Part shown: positions 10,667 to 21,510 of the stretch, piece after piece | How the letters are laid out: every line of letters begins with the position of its first letter | How positions within the stretch are numbered: position 1 is the stretch's first letter | Assembly (NCBI GenBank): GCA_965223865.1 | Contig: OZ245020.1 | Coordinates: 160,001-224,000 of the forward strand | DNA length: 64,000 nucleotides | Origin: Nitrosarchaeum sp. | GTDB lineage: Archaea > Thermoproteota > Nitrososphaeria > Nitrososphaerales > Nitrosopumilaceae | Direction: 5' to 3' | Translations under genes and position numbers: made by a program | The notes under the pieces: model-generated | Database searches by the model: none | What the model was told of the DNA's origin: nothing | What the model saw: the letters and a program-made list of their open reading frames with translations, nothing else

Positions 10667-11194
10667 TTATGATGCTGTCGTTGTTTTGTAAATATCAGAT
10701 ACTTCTCTAATTGTAGCTTTTACATTACTAACTGTTACAGATTTCTTCGAAGAAGCAAAAGTAACTGTCATTTCATTCATCAAGTCTTTAATAGATAACA
10801 GCATTTCTTTAGAGGCTACAGTCACGTCACGAAGATCTTGACCATTTATGCTATCCATTCCACCATCAGAAAATGAATTGATCTTATCTTTAGCAGATTT
10901 CATTAGTTCAGAGGCCTCATAAATTACACCTGTTTCGCTAAGTTGATTTGCGGTATTTTCTATTTTTGTAGATACTTGATTCATATTTTCTGAAATCAAG
11001 CGGAAATTTTCTATGTTCCTTACCATTTCTGGAGTGTTAAGACTTTGTATGATCTCATTAACTATTTTGGCAGTATCTTTAACCTTGTTCAACGATTCAA
11101 GAACTCCAGGGTTTCCAAACTGACGAATTATTTCTGCTGCATCAGAAGCAGTTTCCTTAATTTCACGAATTTTACTGGTTTTTCTATCGTCCAT
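10667..11194 (-). CDS. Hypothetical amphipathic helical-repeat protein
   Basis: 175-aa ORF; resembles 11563-12018. Confidence 0.7.
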   Translation of the reverse strand: MDDRKTSKIREIKETASDAAEIIRQFGNPGVLESLNKVKDTAKIVNEIIQSLNTPEMVRNIENFRLISENMNQVSTKIENTANQLSETGVIYEASELMKSAKDKINSFSDGGMDSINGQDLRDVTVASKEMLLSIKDLMNEMTVTFASSKKSVTVSNVKATIREVSDIYKTTTAS

Positions 11195-11205
11195 GTTCTC
11201 TCAAC

Positions 11206-11553
11206 TCACTTCCCAATACCTAAAAAAGATCTAGAATTGGTTACATTGTAAATGGAATAAAATGGATGGATCTTATTATTTTGAATTAGTTGTGTAAGAA
11301 AAATAAAATTACTAGCTGCAAATAGGGAATTTAGTATTCCAAACTCAATTCTATTTGCTAGAAAATCATTTGCAGCCAACAAAACATTCAAACTAGCCAA
11401 TGAGAGAAAAAGTACTGGAAAATTTCTGCCAATTTTTGTTATTATTTCTAACAGGTAGATCAATGCAATAACCTCTCTGGAATCAGTAATCCCAGTTGTC
11501 CATTGCATGGAATTTTTTCCTATTTTTCTCTCATTAGCATAGTTTGTCATCAT
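11206..11553 (-). CDS. Hypothetical membrane protein
   Basis: Hydrophobic segments; packed between two co-oriented ORFs. Confidence 0.55.
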   Translation of the reverse strand: MMTNYANERKIGKNSMQWTTGITDSREVIALIYLLEIITKIGRNFPVLFLSLASLNVLLAANDFLANRIEFGILNSLFAASNFIFLTQLIQNNKIHPFYSIYNVTNSRSFLGIGK

Positions 11554-11562
11554 ACATCTTAC

Positions 11563-12018
11563 CTAGTTTTTCAGATCTTCTATCATTTTTTCAGTTATCT
11601 GACCAGTTTCCGTTTTTATCAGGTCAAGACTATCTTTTACCACCTTAGTTGTGTTTGGAGATACTTTTCCAGCGTCATTTGTAATTTCTTTTACAGTTGT
11701 TATGGATTCTTTTGCTGAGTTCAAAGCGTTTTCTATAGCACTTGCAGTATCAGTTACGGAACCATTTCTTTTCAGCTCTTGTGTAGTATCATTAAGATCT
11801 TTTACTGTATCACGAACAGCATATGAGCCTTCACGTATTGCTAGAGCCATCTCTGGAATTGCTCCTGTCTCACGAAGAGTTTTCATGGTCTCTCTCATTA
11901 GGAGTGAATACTCTCTGATGTTCTTTGAAACATCTTGTATTGTTCCAACAGTTTGTTTTGCACTAAGTTGATGTCTATCTTTATTCCATGATGGAATTGA
12001 GTTGTTGTATTCTTTCAT
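11563..12018 (-). CDS. Hypothetical amphipathic helical-repeat protein
   Basis: Likely start MKEYN at 12018; helical T/A/K/E-rich repeats. Confidence 0.7.
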   Translation of the reverse strand: MKEYNNSIPSWNKDRHQLSAKQTVGTIQDVSKNIREYSLLMRETMKTLRETGAIPEMALAIREGSYAVRDTVKDLNDTTQELKRNGSVTDTASAIENALNSAKESITTVKEITNDAGKVSPNTTKVVKDSLDLIKTETGQITEKMIEDLKN

Positions 12019-12613
12019 GTTATACTTTATACAAAAAATTCTTAATAATAATCGCGAATAATTCATTCATATCAATGGTTCATTTTTTAAATGATTAAAT
12101 GACATGAATTTTTTAAAATCTTCAGAGTTTTTAGAATTTGAAAAATAAAATTTAGATTTGAGAAAAAAGTTCTAAAATAATTTCAGAGTTTCAATGAATC
12201 ATCTCTAAGTGAATTTTTTACAATTTCTTAAAGAAGTAGATGTTTCATGGGGATCAAATTTTTCTATCATTTTACCTTTTCCTTACAACAAATCATACAG
12301 GATGAGATACATTTTCAAAATATTATCAGTTCACACATACCATGATTTGGTAAATTTCTTAATTGTTAATTCATAATAAAATCAAAAATCTGAATTAAGA
12401 ATATCTTACAAATTATCTTTGGGTTGTATTTTCAGTTTTTATAAAAAGGAGTTTAATTACACCTGAAACCGATTTCAAACTTTGAGGCTAAATCTTTAGA
12501 TTTAGATGTTGATTTAGGAACAAAAATGGATCAATGAAAATCTGAATTTTAGTTTGATGAGATATATGATAATCTGTTATTTTAGGATCAAAAAAGGAAA
12601 AAAACTAAACAGT

Positions 12614-12940
12614 TTATGCGAGTGCTCTATCTATCATATTTTTATATGATTCTTTAGAGGCAGCACCAACTTGTTGGGCAATTATTTCACCCTTGTTTAG
12701 GAGAATTAAGGTTGGAATACTAAAGACATTGTATTTTGATGCCAATTCATTGGCCTCATCAACATTGACCTTGACAAATTTGACTTTGTCTCCATAGTCA
12801 TTTGCGAGTTCTTCCACAACGGGACCAACCATTCTACATGGACCACACCATTCGGCCCAAAAGTCGACGAATACAGGAGTATCTGAGTTGATTACATTGG
12901 TCTCCCATGACTTTGCATCTGAAATTTGTGTTATTCCCAT
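12614..12940 (-). CDS. trxA: Thioredoxin
   Basis: FWAEWCGPC, SIPT. Confidence 0.97.
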   Translation of the reverse strand: MGITQISDAKSWETNVINSDTPVFVDFWAEWCGPCRMVGPVVEELANDYGDKVKFVKVNVDEANELASKYNVFSIPTLILLNKGEIIAQQVGAASKESYKNMIDRALA

Positions 12941-13064
12941 TTCATTGATAATTTATTGACCATCCCTAAAAAGGTTCACCAAAATTTGCACCGTATTTTG
13001 TGGGAGAAAAATTCAAAAAATATAATTTGATATATATTTAATGATGTTTTGGTAAATCTGAGTT

Positions 13065-13823
13065 ATGAGTACCGAACTTAGACTTAAAAAATTAAGAGGT
13101 TCTGGCGGCTACGTCATGGCCAATGTAACTGATGAGCAGCAAATGAAAGGAAATTTAGGAGGTCCAGATCTTTTCTTGGCGCCAATTGGTAGGCTGGAGG
13201 CTGAAAAAATTTCTAAGCACTTTTGCAATACATGTGAAAAAGAATTCGAGGGAGCTCCAAAAATTGAATTTGAAAATCCGAATGAAGAGGTAGCAGAAAA
13301 CTTGATTCTTGCTGAAAGAGGACAATATATCTGCAATACATGTAATTCTACTATTGCAGAATACAGAGAATTCAAAAAACAAGATGAAGCAAATGAAATT
13401 GGAAATGCAAAACCATTAGAATCTACACAAACTATGCAACCACAAGCAGAACCTCAGATTACACAAGCACCACCAACAGTATCTGTGCAAGTCGAAACAC
13501 AAGCGCAAACAACCCAACCAAGTCCTGCAGGTTCAGTTAGTTCTATTGAAGGATTAGCAGTATATGATGAAAATGCAAAGAAGATTGGAAATGCAAAGCA
13601 AGTGGGCATTGATTCTAATCAATCCGTAGTATTACTAATTACAAAAAATGATGGAACTGAAGGAAGTATTCCTTGGAATAGCATAGGAAAAGTTGGAGAA
13701 ATTATTTTATTAGGAAGCCAAGAGGTTGTAAAACAGGCTCCCCAACCAGGAAAATGTTCGAATTGTGGATTTTCAAACAAAGAAGGTTCAAAGTTTTGTG
13801 AAGAGTGTGGAACAAAACTCTAG
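13065..13823 (+). CDS. Zinc-ribbon / PRC-barrel domain protein
   Basis: CNTC pairs, G..VYD..AKKIG PRC-like segment, C-terminal CSNCG..FCEECGTKL. Confidence 0.8.
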   Translation: MSTELRLKKLRGSGGYVMANVTDEQQMKGNLGGPDLFLAPIGRLEAEKISKHFCNTCEKEFEGAPKIEFENPNEEVAENLILAERGQYICNTCNSTIAEYREFKKQDEANEIGNAKPLESTQTMQPQAEPQITQAPPTVSVQVETQAQTTQPSPAGSVSSIEGLAVYDENAKKIGNAKQVGIDSNQSVVLLITKNDGTEGSIPWNSIGKVGEIILLGSQEVVKQAPQPGKCSNCGFSNKEGSKFCEECGTKL

Positions 13824-13863
13824 TTAGCAAATTTAATCAATGACGCTATAGGCGATGAAGTAA

Positions 13864-14538
13864 TTGGCTAAGAGTTCTATTTCAAAAGGTGTTGTCAAGG
13901 ACATATTGATTGTTGCCTTAGGCATTACAATTATCTGGCTTGGTTTATGGATTGCCTTTGGAACTGCAAATCCGTTTTATGTTGTTGCAAGTGGAAGTAT
14001 GGTTCCTGAGCTCCTAGTTTATGACGTATTAATTGTGCAGGGACATGAACCATTTGAAGACATTGAGATTGGAGACATTATCGTTTTTGATCGCCCATCA
14101 GATCATGATAGAGTAATTGTACATAGAGTAGCTTCAATAATTGATGATGACCCAAAGACTCTTAGAACAAAAGGTGATGCAAATCCCGCTTCAATTCCAG
14201 GAACTGATTTTCCTATTACAGAAGAAGAGTACATTGGAAAAGTGGTATTCGTTGTTTCCCAGGTAGGATATGTAACCCAAATTCTCAAGCCACCCACCAA
14301 CTACATTCTCATTGCAATTGTGATAGGAATTATGATTGCAAAGCAGATGGTAAAAAAGAAGAAAGAGAAAGAACTAACTTTTGAGAATCCCTTTGGGGAT
14401 AAAGATGAATCAGAAGAATCATCTGTAGAAATCCCAGGTTTGGACAAATTGAAAAAAGATGATGAATATTCCAAGGATGAAAAAGCAGATTCTGATTCAA
14501 AAGAATCAAAAAAAGAGTCAGAGAAGGACAAAAAATAA
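13864..14538 (+). CDS. Signal peptidase I (Sec11-type)
   Basis: SGSMVP, GDIIVF, IVHRV, TKGDAN. Confidence 0.93.
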   Translation: MAKSSISKGVVKDILIVALGITIIWLGLWIAFGTANPFYVVASGSMVPELLVYDVLIVQGHEPFEDIEIGDIIVFDRPSDHDRVIVHRVASIIDDDPKTLRTKGDANPASIPGTDFPITEEEYIGKVVFVVSQVGYVTQILKPPTNYILIAIVIGIMIAKQMVKKKKEKELTFENPFGDKDESEESSVEIPGLDKLKKDDEYSKDEKADSDSKESKKESEKDKK

Positions 14539-14566
14539 TTTTCTATGTGTTTAGAAATTAAAATAA

Positions 14567-16099
14567 TTAAAGAACAGAGTCTTTTGTCTTGAATACTCGT
14601 TTAAAGTATTCAGTTGATTCTACTGGTTCTTCGATATCATTTGTTATTCCTGCGAGATTTTTTGCAAGATTCTTTTTGTAACCAATTTGCATCTGTCTCT
14701 GAATCTGAATTCTTTGAGCTTGTGGTGAACCAGCTCCATGCATTGATTCAGTAAGATATCCAACTGCATTTCTTCCTAGAGTCATATTTTCAATTAGTCT
14801 TAGTATTCTCATTCTATTTTCAACATCAACTCCCTTTCTTCCTGCAAGATATTTCTTAAGAAGTGGGCCTGCTTCTGGATGTCTAAAGTCTTTTTCAGAT
14901 GGGAGAGTCACAACTAATCCACCTGCTATGTCTTGTGCAAGTCTGCTAATTTCATATGGGAATCTAGTTACGTTATGTTTGCAAACTTGTGCCAGCATAT
15001 CATCATTAAGATAAACTCCTGATTTCATTTCATGTCCTTGATGTGATGATGCAATTCCTGCTGCGAAAATTGTCTCATTGAGATGAGTCATTTCAATAAT
15101 CTTATCTTTAATATGAGATACTTTTGGTACTCCATTATATTCAGCGATTGTAGCTGCTGCACCAATTAGAACATCACCTAATCCTGTCTTACAGACATAA
15201 CTTCTTCTATGATAGCATGTAAATCTTTCAACAAGCATTGATGCAAATTCATATTCACCGTACATGAAAACTTTTTCCCATGGAATAAACACTTTATCTA
15301 AAATGATCAGAGCCTCTTGTCCACCAAACTTTGCGTTACCATCATCTATATCACCTTCTTCCATACTTCTTGTATCACAAGATTGTCTTCCGTAGATGTA
15401 GGTAACACCTTTTGCGTCTGCGGGAATAACTCCTACAACTGCCCAGTCTTTGTCTGCTTCTGTTAATCTAATTGTAGGCATTAAAATAATCCAGTGAGAA
15501 TTGATACAACCTGTCTGATGAGCTTTTGCTCCTGAAACATATATTCCGTTTTCATCCTTGTCTACCACTCTTGTAAACAAGTCAGGATCCTCTTGTTCTG
15601 ATGGACCTTTACTTCTATCACCTTTAGGATCAGTCATGGCTCCACCAATTACTGAATTTTCTCTTTGAACCATCTTCACAAATTCTAAGAATCGTTGATG
15701 GTAATTTGTTCCGTGTTTTTCGTCAATCTCAAAGGTTGTAGAATGTAAAGCATTCATTGCATCCATACCAACACATCTTTGGAAACATGTACCAGTGTTC
15801 TGACCTAGCTTTCTTTGCATTTTATTTTGTAAAACTAAATCTTCTGCACTTTCTGCAATATGTAAGAATCTGTTTACTTGTAGTCCAGTAATTGAGGATT
15901 GTGCAGATGCAAGTGCTTCTTCTCTTACTGCAAGATCATATGTTTCTGCTACTGCATTAATTGATGGTCTAATCATTGGGTGATCGACTGGCTCTTTAAC
16001 TAATTCACCAAATAGATATACTTTGAGGTCTCTACCTCGTAAACTTTGAATATAATCTTCTCCTGTTTTTATAGTCTCAAAACTCTCTACATTTGCCAT
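14567..16099 (-). CDS. abfD: 4-hydroxybutyryl-CoA dehydratase (3HP/4HB cycle)
   Basis: CFQRCVG Fe-S motif, MTDPKGDRS, YHRRSYVCK, ESMHGAGSPQAQR. Confidence 0.96.
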   Translation of the reverse strand: MANVESFETIKTGEDYIQSLRGRDLKVYLFGELVKEPVDHPMIRPSINAVAETYDLAVREEALASAQSSITGLQVNRFLHIAESAEDLVLQNKMQRKLGQNTGTCFQRCVGMDAMNALHSTTFEIDEKHGTNYHQRFLEFVKMVQRENSVIGGAMTDPKGDRSKGPSEQEDPDLFTRVVDKDENGIYVSGAKAHQTGCINSHWIILMPTIRLTEADKDWAVVGVIPADAKGVTYIYGRQSCDTRSMEEGDIDDGNAKFGGQEALIILDKVFIPWEKVFMYGEYEFASMLVERFTCYHRRSYVCKTGLGDVLIGAAATIAEYNGVPKVSHIKDKIIEMTHLNETIFAAGIASSHQGHEMKSGVYLNDDMLAQVCKHNVTRFPYEISRLAQDIAGGLVVTLPSEKDFRHPEAGPLLKKYLAGRKGVDVENRMRILRLIENMTLGRNAVGYLTESMHGAGSPQAQRIQIQRQMQIGYKKNLAKNLAGITNDIEEPVESTEYFKRVFKTKDSVL

Positions 16100-16169
16100 A
16101 CCAGCACTTCCGCTAGGTTATATAAAAATTCTAGATCAGAAAAAGTAAAAAGTTACGAATAGATAGCGA

Positions 16170-18266
16170 TCAGAGACCAATTCTGACATCAAGGATTTTG
16201 CAGCCCTTTCCCTTCTCTAATACCAGAACAGGATTCATATCAAGTTCCTTAATTTCTTTAAAGTCAGTTACCAATTGAGAAAGTTTCTGAATACATTCAG
16301 ACAGTTTTGCAAGATCAGATGGTTTTTCACCTCTTACTCCTTGAAGAAGTTTTTGAGTCTTGATTGAGGCAATCATATCATCTGCTTCTTTGTCAGTTAC
16401 AGGAGCAAGCTTGAATGTTACATCTTTTAGAACTTCTACGTAAATACCTCCCATTCCAAGCATAATTACTGGTCCAAATCCAGGTTCAAGTTTTGATCCA
16501 ATGATCAATTCTTTTCCTCCTTTGACCATCTCTACAATCAAAACTCCTTTAATTTCGGCATTTTTGTTGTATTTTTTAGCGTTTTTAAGTATAGTCTTAA
16601 AGGCGGAACGTATCTCGTTGTCATTTGTGAGATTTACTTTAACACCTCCTGCATCAGATTTGTGAATGATTTGTGGAGATGCAATTTTCATTACTACCGG
16701 ATAACCTATCTTCTTTGCAATCTTGATTGCTTCATCTTCTGTTTTAGCTAGTGCACTATTTGGTAAAGGTAATCCATACGACTTGAGGACTTCATGTCCT
16801 TCTTCTTCTAGAAGATTTGGACGTTTCTCTTTTTTGACCTTGTCAAAAATTTTCTTTACCTTGGTTTTGTTTACTTTGAATTTTTGTATTTTTCCTTCTT
16901 CGGTGTTTACCCAAATCGCAAAATTTTTCATTGCAGCCAAAGCTCTAATTGCACCTTCAGCATATGTGTAATAGGGAACATCTCCTTTGGATAAAATTTC
17001 TCTATTGGTAATTCCCTCATCTAATCCCATTAAACTTGCCAGCATCGTTTTTTTGTATTTCTTTGACATCTCAACAATTACTTCAGCAAGCTTGTCATAA
17101 TTTAGAGTTCCAGAAGGAGTACACATTGTAATAACTGAACCAACTTTTGATTGTTTGAGTACACGTTCCAAAACATTTCTGAATCGGTTAAAGTCAGCAT
17201 CGCCAACAATGTCAACAGGGTTTCTTGAACTTCCCCAAGGGGGAATTACCTCATCAATCTTTGGGCGGATACTATCAATTTTGGCCATTCTAATTCCAAA
17301 TTTAGAGCAGGCATCAGTGGAAATAATTGCAGGTCCACCTGCGTTCGAGACAATAACTAGACCACCTGCTGTTGGAAGAGGTTGTTTTGAAAATGCAGTC
17401 GCATAATCAAATAGCTCCTCCATCGTATCAACTCTAATTGCACCTGATTGTTTTAGTAAAGCATCATAGATTTCATCAGATCCCATCAAAGCACCGGTAT
17501 GAGACATTGCAGCTTTTGCACCTTCAGGACTACGTCCTGATTTTAAAACAAGTACAGGTTTTTTGAGTTTTTTAGTAATATTTTTACAAACTTTGAGAAA
17601 CTCTTGACCATCTCCCATATCTTCAAGATACATGACTATTACTTCGGTTTGCTTATGAGCAGCTAACATCTTTAGAACGTCAACTTCGCTCATTGCTGCT
17701 TTGTTTCCCAAACTAATTACTGCAGAAAATCCAATTCCTTGAGCACTTGCATCTTCTACTAGTGCTGCACAAATAGCACCACTTTGAGATACTAGTGCAA
17801 TCTTTCCTGACTTTGGTGTAACCTTAAGAAAAGTAGAATTCATCATTGTTTTTGGATCAAGATTCATGACCCCAAGACAGTTTGGACCAATGATTTGAAT
17901 TTTGTATTTTTTAGCAATGTCTTTAATTTGTTGTTCTCGTTTTGCTCCTTCTTCATCAACTTCTTTGAAACCTGCAGTGATAATGATTACTCCTTTAACC
18001 TTTTTCTTACCACATTCTTCTAAAACATCTGCGACAAGAGTGTTTTTGATAACTATTACTGCAAGATCAATAGTCTTTGGGACATCTAAAACACTCTTGT
18101 ATGCTTTTTTGTAAAATACGGTATCTCTTGTAGGACTAATTGGATAAACTGTTCCTTTGAATCCGTTCATAATATTTGATGTAATAGTTGCTCCAACACT
18201 TCCTCGTTTGTCAGATGCACCAATAATGGCAATTGATTTTGGAGATAAAAAGACAGATTCTGCCAT
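16170..18266 (-). CDS. ADP-forming acyl-CoA synthetase, probably 4-hydroxybutyrate-CoA ligase
   Basis: CoA-binding GPNCLG, SQSGA, SHTGAL phospho-His, ATP-grasp HKSDAGGV; adjacent to abfD. Confidence 0.9.
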   Translation of the reverse strand: MAESVFLSPKSIAIIGASDKRGSVGATITSNIMNGFKGTVYPISPTRDTVFYKKAYKSVLDVPKTIDLAVIVIKNTLVADVLEECGKKKVKGVIIITAGFKEVDEEGAKREQQIKDIAKKYKIQIIGPNCLGVMNLDPKTMMNSTFLKVTPKSGKIALVSQSGAICAALVEDASAQGIGFSAVISLGNKAAMSEVDVLKMLAAHKQTEVIVMYLEDMGDGQEFLKVCKNITKKLKKPVLVLKSGRSPEGAKAAMSHTGALMGSDEIYDALLKQSGAIRVDTMEELFDYATAFSKQPLPTAGGLVIVSNAGGPAIISTDACSKFGIRMAKIDSIRPKIDEVIPPWGSSRNPVDIVGDADFNRFRNVLERVLKQSKVGSVITMCTPSGTLNYDKLAEVIVEMSKKYKKTMLASLMGLDEGITNREILSKGDVPYYTYAEGAIRALAAMKNFAIWVNTEEGKIQKFKVNKTKVKKIFDKVKKEKRPNLLEEEGHEVLKSYGLPLPNSALAKTEDEAIKIAKKIGYPVVMKIASPQIIHKSDAGGVKVNLTNDNEIRSAFKTILKNAKKYNKNAEIKGVLIVEMVKGGKELIIGSKLEPGFGPVIMLGMGGIYVEVLKDVTFKLAPVTDKEADDMIASIKTQKLLQGVRGEKPSDLAKLSECIQKLSQLVTDFKEIKELDMNPVLVLEKGKGCKILDVRIGL

Positions 18267-18329
18267 GTATGTTTTGGTTAAGGATTTTGTATAATAAAGT
18301 TATTCATAGAAATTTCTGATCTATCAATT

Positions 18330-18686
18330 TTAGCTTCCCATCATTTTTCCTGCGAGATTTTCTTTTCTTGGAATCCAAGATATGGTAAGATTTGAAAATT
18401 TTCCAATCAATTTCCAGGCCTCGCGAGCTAATTCACGTAACTTTTCATTATTTATGGCAAATTCATGATTCAGTTGTGATACTGTATTTTTGGAATCACT
18501 AAATATTACAAGATCATCATTAAAGTCTACAAATTTTTCTAATGCTGAAATTATTGCCATATATTCAGCCTGATTATTGGTGATGTCAGGTCTTTTTTCA
18601 TAAAATGATTCTCCAGTCTCCTTTACAAAGAATCCATATCCACCGTTTGGGCCTCCAGAACCATCAACATAAACACTAATCCCCAT
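18330..18686 (-). CDS. Ribonuclease HI-family protein
   Basis: YVDGS, TNNQAEY, SDS, WIPRKEN. Confidence 0.88.
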   Translation of the reverse strand: MGISVYVDGSGGPNGGYGFFVKETGESFYEKRPDITNNQAEYMAIISALEKFVDFNDDLVIFSDSKNTVSQLNHEFAINNEKLRELAREAWKLIGKFSNLTISWIPRKENLAGKMMGS

Positions 18687-19128
18687 CTTTGTACAACCTC
18701 GTCATCTTTACACTAAGATTTACTACTATCATATAGACTACAGTGGATATAACTTGTGATACAATAGATGCCAAATATGCATCATAATCAAATGTAAGCA
18801 GGTAATATTGTAACATCCACCTGATAATTGTGTAAATGATCTCAGCGATTCCAAGTGAAGTTAGAATTTTTACTAAATCATGGCGTAGTCTCGATTTATC
18901 AGTTTGGCCGGATTTAAGCAGGTATTTTTTCCGATTATCAATATAATACAATCCTCCAAATGTGGAAAAGTAAACTATGTAATCTACAATCAAAGTATAT
19001 GTTGTGTTAAGATAATCAGCTTGTTCAGATAATATCTGAGCAACTATTGCAGATATTGTTATTGATGCTGCAAATGAAATCAGGATGTTTTTGTTTAGTT
19101 TGAAATACTCACGATATTTTTGACGCAA
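18676..19128 (-). CDS. Hypothetical membrane protein (GtrA-like, 4 TM)
   Basis: Four hydrophobic helices. Confidence 0.7.
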   Translation of the reverse strand: MRQKYREYFKLNKNILISFAASITISAIVAQILSEQADYLNTTYTLIVDYIVYFSTFGGLYYIDNRKKYLLKSGQTDKSRLRHDLVKILTSLGIAEIIYTIIRWMLQYYLLTFDYDAYLASIVSQVISTVVYMIVVNLSVKMTRLYKDGD

Positions 19129-19164
19129 CGAAAAGGATACTTTTTTGTTACAATTAAACTAAGA

Positions 19165-19449
19165 CTAGTCCATTGTAATCTTCAAGAAGATTAAAAGGCC
19201 TGCTAGTTCAGCAATTCCAACTCCTAACATATATGGGAAAATTTCATGTGAAAACAGTTGATCCATTGAAAAGTAAGCTAGGGAACTGATGATATTGTGA
19301 AGAAATAACATTCCAGCTACGACTATCATTCCAAGTGGCAATTGTGCTCTTGTCTTTGTATACATTTTTCCAAAAGTACCTATTAAAATTCCCAGAACTA
19401 CCATGTTTGCAATAGATACTACGGATAACACTAAGGATGTGGATTCCAT
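19165..19449 (-). CDS. Small 3-TM membrane protein
   Basis: Hydrophobic ORF downstream of ArsR gene. Confidence 0.75.
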   Translation of the reverse strand: MESTSLVLSVVSIANMVVLGILIGTFGKMYTKTRAQLPLGMIVVAGMLFLHNIISSLAYFSMDQLFSHEIFPYMLGVGIAELAGLLIFLKITMD

Positions 19450-19474
19450 TTAGTGATGAACACCTCCGGAGCGT

Positions 19475-19777
19475 TTATTTACTTTTGTCCAATTTCTTTT
19501 CAACTTCTTCAAATGTCTCCATATTAGCTTCTAAAAATGTAGAAATGAAGTATGTGATTCCATATTTTTCTCCAACTGAAGTAATAAGATTATTTTTTTC
19601 AAGTATTCTAATGTGATGTTTTATTGCTTTGTAATCTAATTCTAGCTTCTTTGCTAGCTGGTTTGTGTTCAGTGGATTTTCTATTAATTTAGATATAATT
19701 TTTAGACGATTTAATCCTCCCCGTGAACCTGCAAAAATAAACCATAAGAGTCTCTTTACATCAGGGTCATTTGCCAT
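19475..19777 (-). CDS. ArsR-family winged-helix regulator
   Basis: GSRGG.NR.KII, NTNQLAKKLELDYKAIKHHIRILEKNNLI. Confidence 0.88.
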   Translation of the reverse strand: MANDPDVKRLLWFIFAGSRGGLNRLKIISKLIENPLNTNQLAKKLELDYKAIKHHIRILEKNNLITSVGEKYGITYFISTFLEANMETFEEVEKKLDKSK

Positions 19778-19868
19778 CAGTCACGAAATTCTTGAGTATC
19801 TGCAATAAAAGGTATTTTGGGATTTTACCATAACTAGAAAGTATAAAAAACATACCAGACTATTATCT

Positions 19869-20762
19869 TTGAAAATAAAATTGATGTTAAATTATGATGC
19901 ACCATTATACAGACCACCGTCTGAAGCTAGATCATTGATTTTTCAGGTGACTTTAGGTTGTTCATTTAATGAGTGTTCCTTTTGTGATATGTATAGATCA
20001 AAAGAATATGCAGAAAGATCTTGGGATGAAGTTAAACTTGAAATTGATTTAATGGCAAAACACCTTCCAAAAACTAGAAGAATATTTTTAGCTGATGGTG
20101 ATGCATTGAATCTGGATGCACAGTATATTGTTAAAATAATAAAATATCTTAAAGAAAAATTTTCAAATCTTGAGAGAATATCTTGCTATGCAATGCCAAT
20201 GAATATTCTAAAGAAAACTCCTGAGGAGTTAAAGATAATGCATGATGCCGGTTTAGATATGCTATATCTAGGAATTGAGAGTGGCTCCGATATTATTCTA
20301 AAGAAAGTCACAAAAGGCGCGGTTGCAAAAACCATAGTCAAATCGGTAAACAAAGCAAAGGATGCAGGATACATCATGTCATGTATGGTAATTTTGGGTT
20401 TAGGTGGTAGAACATATTCTAAAGAACACATCAAAGGAACTGCAGAGGTAATTAGTGCGTGTTCTCCCCATTACGTAGGAGCATTAACATTGTATCTTGA
20501 AAATGGGATAAAACAGGAATTTCTTGACAAGTTTGGAGAACCATTCATAAGAATCAACGATGATGAAGCATTAGAAGAACTTTATGATTTAATTAATCAA
20601 ATAGAGACTAAAGAAGAGATTATTTTTAGGGCAAATCATGGATCAAATGCATATACCATAAAAGGTACTTTCCCACGAGATAAAAAAGAGATGCTTGAGA
20701 AAATAGAATGGATGAAAAAGCACCCAGAAATTATGCGTCCTCAAGGACTACGAGGATTTTAA
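19869..20762 (+). CDS. Radical SAM protein
   Basis: RPPSEA, CSFNECSFC (CxxxCxxC), LADGDAL, GIESG. Confidence 0.9.
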   Translation: MKIKLMLNYDAPLYRPPSEARSLIFQVTLGCSFNECSFCDMYRSKEYAERSWDEVKLEIDLMAKHLPKTRRIFLADGDALNLDAQYIVKIIKYLKEKFSNLERISCYAMPMNILKKTPEELKIMHDAGLDMLYLGIESGSDIILKKVTKGAVAKTIVKSVNKAKDAGYIMSCMVILGLGGRTYSKEHIKGTAEVISACSPHYVGALTLYLENGIKQEFLDKFGEPFIRINDDEALEELYDLINQIETKEEIIFRANHGSNAYTIKGTFPRDKKEMLEKIEWMKKHPEIMRPQGLRGF

Positions 20763-20827
20763 ATTAGATTTTATAGACTAGATACCATTATTTTGGCATG
20801 TTTGAATAATTACTTCCACTAGATTTG

Positions 20828-21079
20828 TTAAAGTGACTCAATTACTTGTTTTAGATTATCAGGTAAATCAGGAAGTTCTGTGTGACTCTCATTGTTTTGG
20901 ATTATTTCAGGGCCAATTCTTCTAACTTTTTGAGTTCCAATAAGAGTATCGATCGTTCTTTGAATATCTTTTTCAGGTAAAATAGATTTTAGTTTTTCAA
21001 TAACTTTCTCTTCATTTTCAAATTTTTTAATTGTATATTGAACAATGATCATTTTTTCATTTGTTGAATAGTCTGTCAT
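20828..21079 (-). CDS. Hypothetical protein
   Basis: 83-aa ORF with normal composition. Confidence 0.7.
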   Translation of the reverse strand: MTDYSTNEKMIIVQYTIKKFENEEKVIEKLKSILPEKDIQRTIDTLIGTQKVRRIGPEIIQNNESHTELPDLPDNLKQVIESL

Positions 21080-21510
21080 TTAAAAATACACGTTTGCTCT
21101 TTGTAAAAAACATTTTCTGCTATTTGCTAAATTCTCGTTTTTAATTTATTTAGTAACTTCTTTAATTTCAAATTTTTTAGTTTTTTCTTTAACTGATAAT
21201 GGCAATAGTTCTTTCATTATTGATTTAATTTTCAATTTTTTAACATTTTTTTCTTCCTCAGATAACGACTCTCCCACTCTGCTTTCATAGTAATAAAATG
21301 CATTATCATTTTTGCTCTCTCATCAAAGACATGCAAAAAATGTATTTTTGTCTTCACCCCATTGTTGTTTTTTTAGCTCTCTTTCCTCTGGAGTTAGGTT
21401 AGCATACGGCCATTTCAAGTATTTTTGTAGTCTATTAAAAATAAAAATTGAGTTAAATTCTATGATTTTTTTATTATAATTATTAATAGATGTGTACTAG
21501 AGGGATACCT

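Noticed and set aside
12067-12600. AT-rich 0.55-kb spacer as origin of replication or pseudogene
   Set aside because: No ORB-like repeats, no cdc6 nearby and no reconstructable ORF
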